Shown: positions 58,219 through 64,000 of the stretch, one piece after another
Numbering within the stretch: the first letter of the stretch is position 1
Layout of the letters: each line of letters starts with the position of its first letter
Source: Myxococcota bacterium
GTDB taxonomy: Bacteria; Myxococcota_A; UBA9160; UBA4427
Assembly (NCBI GenBank): GCA_036336835.1
Contig: JAYZFK010000005.1
Span: forward strand, 53,251 to 117,250
Direction of reading: 5' to 3'
DNA length: 64,000 nt
Translations under genes and position numbers: made by a program
The notes under the pieces: model-generated
Databases searched by the model: none
The model's input: the letters and a program-made list of their open reading frames with translations, nothing else
Told to the model about the DNA's origin: nothing

Positions 58219-59796
58219 TCAAGCGAGCGAACGCCGTCCCATGAAGCCGGCAAGTGGCTTGCGGCGGCGGGGCTCGGCGGGTGTGCGACCCTCCAACAGG
58301 TCGAGCGCGCGGTGCCAGACCCGATTGAAGATCTCCTCGGTGAGCTCGAGCACGCGCGCGTCGTCGCGCGGCTGTCCAATCTCCGAGAGGAACCACAGGC
58401 AATCTCGCCCGTCGCTGTACTCGCCCCGATTGTGAGCGTGGTACTCGCCCCGCCGGCGCAGCTCGGTCTCGACCTTGCAAAACAGCTTCGCGAAGTGCCC
58501 CAACGCCCGCTGGACGGCGGGGCCCTGCGTCACCTGGTCGCGCAGCCAGCCCTCGTCGAGATGGCGATCGCGCATGTACGCATCGACCCAGAGGTTGTAG
58601 TACGCCCCCACGTCAGCGTCCCACTTGAGCTTGCAGGCATCGTACGAGCCGAGCAAGCCGTACTGACCGCGATACAGGCTCAAGGTGGCGTCTTGCCTCA
58701 TGCGCATGAAGGCGTCGAACAGCTCGGCCCGCTCGCTCACCGCGTCGAATGACTCGCCTGCGTGATCGGCTGCCACGAGCTCGGTGAGCATGTCGTTCTC
58801 GAGCGCGATGAAGTCGGCTCCCGGGCTGTAGAAGGGGTCCGAGAAGCAGGCGGCCTCGCCGGTGCAGCCCCAACGGTCACCCGAGAAGAAGCGCGTGGTG
58901 CGATACGCGAGCTGCGTGTACGCGCCAATGTCGAGCGGCTTCGCGTTCTCGAGCAGCGCCGCCATCGCGCGCTGCCCGCGGAGGAACCCGAGCAGGCCCT
59001 CGTGCGTGCGGAGCTCCGGCCGGTACATCCCGGCCTCGCAAACGAGCCCAACGCTGGTCACGCCACCGCGCAGAGGGATGACCCACACCCAGGCTCCCTC
59101 GCGTGGAAAGTGGAGCGTCGAGAGCCGGCGCGAGGTGTGCCGAACCCGCGCACGCGACTCGTCGCTGGTAATCGCATCGATGTCGGCCACGCCCTCGAAT
59201 CTGGCCCACACCGATGCGTTCGCGAGCTCGCGCTCGGGCTCGTGGAGCTGTCGCTGCTTCGCGATCGTGCGCGTGCGCCCGGTGGCATCGATCACCCAGC
59301 GCGCCTCGTAGCGAGCCTCGCCATCCGGCCCCGCGGTGCGAAAGCGATGCGTCGCGCCGCCGCTCCCCAGCTCCAGATCGCACACGCGCACGCCGCTGCG
59401 CAGCATCACGCCGCACTCGGCGTTCATCTCCCGCAGATCTGTATCGAGCGTCGAGCGATCGATCTGGAAGGCCGGGTGGAACGGAAGCGACTCGCTGCCG
59501 ATCTCGCTCATCGATTCGAAGGGCTGGTCGAGCTGCGGCGAATCGAAGAGGAAGCGCAGCCCGTTCTTGGGGTACTGGCGATCGTACAGGTAGGAGGACA
59601 GGCCCAGCCGGCGCACGAAGTAGTTCGACGCGAGCTCGACCATCGACTCACCGAGCTTGTAGGGGCTCCCCTGCGAGCGCTCGAACAGACCGATCGAGAT
59701 GTCCGGCAGGCGTCGCTTCAGCTGGCGGGCGAGCAGACCGCCGGCCATTCCGCCCCCCAGGATCGCCACCTCGAGATTGGTCCCCGCGTCTCTCAC
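58219..59796 (-). CDS. Flavin-dependent halogenase-like oxidoreductase
   Basis: GGGMAG FAD motif, KLGES, PKNG (candidate catalytic Lys), WVWVIP (WxWxIP) and F.DPFYSPG. Start could extend to 59844. Confidence 0.85.
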   Translation of the reverse strand: MRDAGTNLEVAILGGGMAGGLLARQLKRRLPDISIGLFERSQGSPYKLGESMVELASNYFVRRLGLSSYLYDRQYPKNGLRFLFDSPQLDQPFESMSEIGSESLPFHPAFQIDRSTLDTDLREMNAECGVMLRSGVRVCDLELGSGGATHRFRTAGPDGEARYEARWVIDATGRTRTIAKQRQLHEPERELANASVWARFEGVADIDAITSDESRARVRHTSRRLSTLHFPREGAWVWVIPLRGGVTSVGLVCEAGMYRPELRTHEGLLGFLRGQRAMAALLENAKPLDIGAYTQLAYRTTRFFSGDRWGCTGEAACFSDPFYSPGADFIALENDMLTELVAADHAGESFDAVSERAELFDAFMRMRQDATLSLYRGQYGLLGSYDACKLKWDADVGAYYNLWVDAYMRDRHLDEGWLRDQVTQGPAVQRALGHFAKLFCKVETELRRRGEYHAHNRGEYSDGRDCLWFLSEIGQPRDDARVLELTEEIFNRVWHRALDLLEGRTPAEPRRRKPLAGFMGRRSLA

Positions 59797-59842
59797 GCGC
59801 TCAGCATAGGCTGCTCGCGCGACATTCGGGTACCGTGCGGGC

Positions 59843-61051
59843 ATGCCGTCCCCGATGCCCGCCCGCCTCGCGGCGATGGGGCTAGTGAACGCCCTCGGCA
59901 GGGGCACCGATGCGGTCTGGCCGCGCCTGGCTTCGGGAGACGCGTCAGGCCTCGTCCGGCGCGGAGATCTCGTCGCGGACCGCAGCCTGCTGGTCGGCGC
60001 AGTCGCGAGCGAGCTGCCGCGCATCCCCGAACGACTCCGCCACTACGATTGCCGCAACAACGCCTTCACGCTGGCCGCACTCGACGAGATCGCAGAGCCC
60101 GTCGCAACGGCGCTCGCCACGCACGGACCCGAGCGGCTGGGCGTCGTCATGGGCACCAGCACCTCGGGCAGCGCGGAGTGCGAGGCAGCCATGCTGCACG
60201 AGGCGGCGACCGGTGTGCTCGCGCCTGCGTTCCGCTACTCGCAGCTCGAGTTCGGCGGTACAGCGGGCTTCGTCGCCGAGCTGCTCGGCTTGCGCGGCCC
60301 CGCACTCACGCTGTCGACGGCGTGCTCGTCGAGCGCGCGGGCGCTCGCATCGGCGCGTTCGCTGCTGCGGCTCGGGCTGTGCGATGCGGTGATCGCGGGC
60401 GGCTCTGATTCGCTGTGCGGGCTCACCACCAACGGCTTTTCCTCGCTGCAGGCCGTCTCGGACGCGGGGTGCAATCCGATGAGCGCCAACCGCAGTGGGC
60501 TGACGCTGGGCGAGGGCGCAGCGGTCTTCCTGATGACGCGCGAGAACGGCGGGATCCAGCTGCTCGGCATCGGCGAATCGAGCGAAGCACATCACATGTC
60601 GGCGCCCGACCCCGAGGGCGGCGGGGCCATCGCCTCGATGCGCGGTGCGCTGCACGATGCCGGGCTCGAGCCGCGCGATGTTCGCTACCTCAACCTGCAC
60701 GGGACCGCGACGCCGCTGAACGACGCAATGGAGAGTCGAGCCGTCGCCGCGGTACTCGGCGGCGAGGTGCCTTGCAGCTCGACCAAGCCGCTGGTCGGTC
60801 ACACACTGGGTGCCGCGGGGGCAACCGAGCTGGCCTTCTGCTGGCTCGTGCTCGACCGTCGCGAGGGCAACGAGCTGCGCCTTCCGCCCCACGTCTTCGA
60901 CGGGATGCGCGACCCCGAGATCGCTCGGCTCCGGCTCGCCGAGAAGGCCGAGCGAATCCACGCTCCCGCGCCCGCGGCGCTGATGACCAACTCCTTCGGC
61001 TTCGGGGGCAACAACTGCACGCTGCTGATCGGCGAGGACGAACCGTGCTGA
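59843..61051 (+). CDS. Beta-ketoacyl-ACP synthase (ApeO-like KS)
   Basis: GTSTSG, STACSSS, HGTAT..ND, GHTLGAAG and NSFGFGG motifs. Confidence 0.95.
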   Translation: MPSPMPARLAAMGLVNALGRGTDAVWPRLASGDASGLVRRGDLVADRSLLVGAVASELPRIPERLRHYDCRNNAFTLAALDEIAEPVATALATHGPERLGVVMGTSTSGSAECEAAMLHEAATGVLAPAFRYSQLEFGGTAGFVAELLGLRGPALTLSTACSSSARALASARSLLRLGLCDAVIAGGSDSLCGLTTNGFSSLQAVSDAGCNPMSANRSGLTLGEGAAVFLMTRENGGIQLLGIGESSEAHHMSAPDPEGGGAIASMRGALHDAGLEPRDVRYLNLHGTATPLNDAMESRAVAAVLGGEVPCSSTKPLVGHTLGAAGATELAFCWLVLDRREGNELRLPPHVFDGMRDPEIARLRLAEKAERIHAPAPAALMTNSFGFGGNNCTLLIGEDEPC

Positions 61052-61782
61052 CGCGAATCGAAGACTGGGCCGCCTGGTCGCCCGGGCGCGAGACGCGCGA
61101 CGACTGGCGTGCCTGGGCCAGGACACGCGAACCGCTGGGCGACGATGGGCAACCCGCGGTCGCGTTCCTGCCGCCGGCCGTCCGTCGCCGCTCCACTCGT
61201 TTGACCAAGATGATGCTGCGCGCAGCCTTCGACTGCTGTGGGGAGGCGCTGCGTTCGGACGTCCGCACCGTGTTCGCGTCGCGCCACGGTGCCATCCACG
61301 TGGCCGTCAAGATTCTCGAGAGCATCGTGAGCGGGCAGCCCGTGTCTCCGATGCAGTTCAGCCACTCGGTGCACAACGCGCAGGCCGGCCTGTATTCGAT
61401 CGCCGCCGGCAACTGCGAGGCGTCGAGCTCACTCGCTGGCGAAGCCGACACGTTCTGCTCGGCCTGGATCGAGGCGCTGCTCCACCTCGAGCGCGCACCC
61501 GACGCGCGCGTGCTGCTCGTGATCGGCGACGAGCCCGTTCCGCCGAAGCTGTCGCCGCTGGTCGACGAGCCGAGTGCGAGCTACGCGGTCGCACTGCTGC
61601 TTTGCTCAGGCGGCGACGCGGGCGTGGGCTTCGCGCTCGAGCCGGGTGAGCCGCCCGAGGCGCATGCCCCGCGCGCCTGGCCACAGGCTCTGGAGTTCGT
61701 TCGCTGGCTCTGCGCAGACGGGCCAGGAGCTCTCGTATTGGGGGCCAAGCGCCGTTACGTCTTCTCGCCGCCCTCCCAGTAG
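61045..61782 (+). CDS. Beta-ketoacyl synthase chain length factor (ApeC-like)
   Basis: W.AWSPG, LP..VRRR, FASRHG and SP..FS.SVHN signature. Overlaps the KS stop. Confidence 0.9.
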   Translation: MLTRIEDWAAWSPGRETRDDWRAWARTREPLGDDGQPAVAFLPPAVRRRSTRLTKMMLRAAFDCCGEALRSDVRTVFASRHGAIHVAVKILESIVSGQPVSPMQFSHSVHNAQAGLYSIAAGNCEASSSLAGEADTFCSAWIEALLHLERAPDARVLLVIGDEPVPPKLSPLVDEPSASYAVALLLCSGGDAGVGFALEPGEPPEAHAPRAWPQALEFVRWLCADGPGALVLGAKRRYVFSPPSQ

Positions 61783-62714
61783 TGGTAGAAGTTGAACCAC
61801 TGGTACGGGTCCTCGCAGCACAGCCGCTCGAGATGGGCGGCAAAGGCGGTCGCGAGCGACTGAACCGCCGTTTCCCGGTCGGCACGCGGAACCGCAGACC
61901 CATCGTAGAACGGTTCGACGAGGACCTCGTACGTCGCGTCGTCGATCCGCTTGCCGGTGGCGGCGAGCACCGGGCAACGCAGCACCAGCGCGATCTCGAA
62001 GGGTCCGCGCGGCAGGCGTGCCAGGTGGCCGAGAAAGGGCACGCTGACCGACCGGTCGTCACCGACTGGGCCGACACGATCTGCCAGGATCGCGACGATC
62101 TCGCCCCGTTCGAGGCAGGAGCGGATCTCGAAGGACGCGTTCGGCGAGTCCGGCTCGACCGCGATCACGTTGAGCCCCGACTCACCACTCAGCTTCGCGA
62201 AGAACTCGTTGATCACAGGCGCATTCGCCGTGTACATCACGACGTTGACCGTCAACCGGAACTTGCCCGCGAACGAGCGCAGCATGTCGAAGCTGCCGTA
62301 GTGGGAGCCCAGAAAGATCGCTCCGCGGCCGCTCTCGGCGTAGCGTTCGAGCAGCTGTAGCGCCTCGGCGCCCCGATGCACGAAGCGGAAGCGGTCGAGC
62401 TCGCCCGCCCACAGGCAGACGCGGTCGAAGATCTGCAGCGTGAACTCGTGGCTGTGCCGCTGCACATCGCGCCAACCCGGTGGCCGCGCCAGGACATCGG
62501 CAGCCTCGGGCAGCGCGGCGACGCGCTCCAGGTAGGCGCGCGACGCGCGACGCATGCGGCCACCCGTGAACAGGAAGTACAGGGAGATGAAACGCAACAG
62601 GATCAGGATGGGCCGCCGACCGAGCGCGCGGTACAGCGCCATCGCAAATCGCAGCGCGCCCACCGAGCCGCGCTCGACACGCGAGGTCCAGGCCGGCGTC
62701 GCAGCGGAGTTCAC
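61755..62714 (-). CDS. LpxL/HtrB-like acyltransferase (ApeJ C-terminal-like)
   Basis: W...ERG, GSHYGSFD, ILADR, FLG..A..P.GPF and PYQWFNFY motifs. Confidence 0.9.
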   Translation of the reverse strand: MNSAATPAWTSRVERGSVGALRFAMALYRALGRRPILILLRFISLYFLFTGGRMRRASRAYLERVAALPEAADVLARPPGWRDVQRHSHEFTLQIFDRVCLWAGELDRFRFVHRGAEALQLLERYAESGRGAIFLGSHYGSFDMLRSFAGKFRLTVNVVMYTANAPVINEFFAKLSGESGLNVIAVEPDSPNASFEIRSCLERGEIVAILADRVGPVGDDRSVSVPFLGHLARLPRGPFEIALVLRCPVLAATGKRIDDATYEVLVEPFYDGSAVPRADRETAVQSLATAFAAHLERLCCEDPYQWFNFYHYWEGGEKT

Positions 62715-62715
62715 C

Positions 62716-62970
62716 TCACCCTCCCGCGACGTGACCGTGGACGCAGCGCGCGAGCGCCTCGCTGCTGGCAAGGTTCTCAGGCGTCAGGACGCTTTCGTCG
62801 ACCCACACGCCGGTGTGCTCTTCGAGCGCGAGCAACAGCTGGGTCGCAGCGAGCGAATCGAGCCCCGCATCCACCAGATCGGTCTGCGGCGTGAAGTCAT
62901 CGCCGGCCGACAGCAGGTCGTCGCGCAGGGTCGCGAAGATGAAGCGCGTCAGCCCCTCGATATCAGGCAT
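62716..62970 (-). CDS. Acyl carrier protein (atypical)
   Basis: 84-aa acidic protein with GLDSL phosphopantetheinylation motif and LTPENL.S. Confidence 0.85.
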   Translation of the reverse strand: MPDIEGLTRFIFATLRDDLLSAGDDFTPQTDLVDAGLDSLAATQLLLALEEHTGVWVDESVLTPENLASSEALARCVHGHVAGG

Positions 62971-63397
62971 CCTTCGCAGTCCCTGCGTACAGGTTGAGCC
63001 TTGCGTGCGCGACCTCGCGTCCCTTCGCATCGCTCACACTGGCCGCAAATACGGCCAGTCCGCCGGCGCTGGCAGCCACCGGTGCCGCCTCGGCGACCAG
63101 CGACTCGCCGGGCTCGAGCCAGGCTCGCGCGAGCTCGAGCGAGCGGGTGCCGAGCAGCGCGACGCGACCTGGCGGCACAGCCCCTGCGTCTCTCGGAGCG
63201 CTCAATGCGGCATGCACTGCTGCGGTCTGAGCCATGTACTCGAGCGCCGCGTACGCGGGCACGCGGCCACGCGCGCCCGCAAGCGGGGTGGACTGCCTCA
63301 CCACGAGCGAGCAGCGAGTGTGCGCGGAATCGTGATCCACGACGCGGTCGAGCCAGCACATCGGCCCCGCGTGGGGAATCAGGGTCTCGGGATCCAT
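62963..63397 (-). CDS. Hotdog-fold dehydratase (ApeP-like)
   Basis: LIPHAGPM..LD, LEYMAQ and LLGTR motifs. Confidence 0.9.
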   Translation of the reverse strand: MDPETLIPHAGPMCWLDRVVDHDSAHTRCSLVVRQSTPLAGARGRVPAYAALEYMAQTAAVHAALSAPRDAGAVPPGRVALLGTRSLELARAWLEPGESLVAEAAPVAASAGGLAVFAASVSDAKGREVAHARLNLYAGTAKDA

Positions 63398-63421
63398 CGG
63401 CCGGAGGGAGGCGCTGGCAGC

Positions 63422-63688
63422 TCAGCCGGGCCGCTGCTCGGCTACGAAGGTCGCGAGCGCGCGCACGTTCGCAAAGATGCGCTCGTTCTGCTCGGCGTCT
63501 TCCTGCACCGTGACGCCGTAGCGCCCCTCGAGCGCAAGCGCGAGTTCGAGCGCGTCGATCGAGTCGAGCGCGAGTCCATCGCCGAACAGCGGCTCGACCG
63601 AGTCGATCTCCTCAGGGGTGACGTCTTCGAGCATCAGCGTCTCGACGATCAGCTTCTTGATTTCGGCCTCGAGGCCCGCAAGCTCCAT
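63422..63688 (-). CDS. Acyl carrier protein (ApeE-like)
   Basis: IKKLIVETL.LED...PLFGDGL.LDSIDALEL. Confidence 0.93.
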   Translation of the reverse strand: MELAGLEAEIKKLIVETLMLEDVTPEEIDSVEPLFGDGLALDSIDALELALALEGRYGVTVQEDAEQNERIFANVRALATFVAEQRPG

Positions 63689-63852
63689 CCCGGCGTTCCT
63701 GCTCTCCTGGTCCAGCACTGTTGGCGCGAAGGGCGAATATACCCCACCGCGTCGAGGCGATGGTGGCGTCGCGCTTGGCCTGGGCGGAACTCCCCCCGCA
63801 GGTCGCCCCGCCAAACCGTCCAAGACCGTTATGATGGTGCGCCCGGAGAAGC

Positions 63853-64000
63853 ATGACCGACCCCCGACCGCTGCTCAGCTCTGACTCCCCCACTGCAACC
63901 ATTCATGTCGGTGGGCCCCACCTCGCCATCGAGGACGTCATCGATGTCGCCGAGGGACGCGCCCGCATCGCGCTCGACCCGAGCCGCGAGGTACGCGAAC
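63853..64000 (+). CDS. Aromatic amino acid ammonia-lyase (HAL/PAL/TAL family), N-terminal fragment
   Basis: GGAG RBS. MTDPRPLLSSDSPTATIHVGGPHLAIEDVIDVAEGRARIALDP resembles HAL/PAL N-termini. The frame is open to the window end. Confidence 0.65.
   Translation, partial: MTDPRPLLSSDSPTATIHVGGPHLAIEDVIDVAEGRARIALDPSREVRE

Larger units (their letters stand above)
54088..64000. other. Aryl polyene (APE/xanthomonadin-like) biosynthetic gene cluster, continuing beyond the window
   Basis: FabG, GT2, AMP-ligase/dehydratase, acyltransferases, halogenase, KS + CLF, two ACPs, hotdog dehydratase and an ammonia-lyase. Confidence 0.85.

Overview
A GC-rich, densely coding stretch of bacterial chromosome with about 78 genes. 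No rRNA, tRNA, CRISPR array, transposase or prophage could be recognised. The gene content suggests, by inference only, a Myxococcota/deltaproteobacterial-type diderm: a PEP-CTERM protein under a sigma-54 promoter, system I Ccm heme export, an F420-type LLM oxidoreductase, a MoxR-Bat operon and Sec decoding. Housekeeping genes (pyrE, pyrF, tgt, rnhA, acyP, ccmC/D, dapF, egtB) are mixed with many small enzymes. A complete moxR-DUF58-batABDE operon occupies 42.5-52.6 kb. The last 10 kb is an aryl-polyene-type type II FAS/PKS cluster that runs off the window end, with a flavin-dependent halogenase, two ACPs, KS/CLF, acyltransferases, a glycosyltransferase and an ammonia-lyase. Features missing from or hidden in the ORF track: (i) a 72-aa SelW/Rdx-family selenoprotein with an in-frame TGA (CxxU) and a SECIS-like hairpin; (ii) ccmD; (iii) a 43-aa, very basic orphan protein with its own promoter and RBS; (iv) a sigma-54/IHF/UAS-like promoter upstream of the PEP-CTERM gene. 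Also notable: the DapF has serines at both canonical catalytic cysteine positions, and there is a secreted His-rich protein with five regularly spaced CxH motifs. Start codons were refined by eye. Family assignments come from motif recognition, not database searches.
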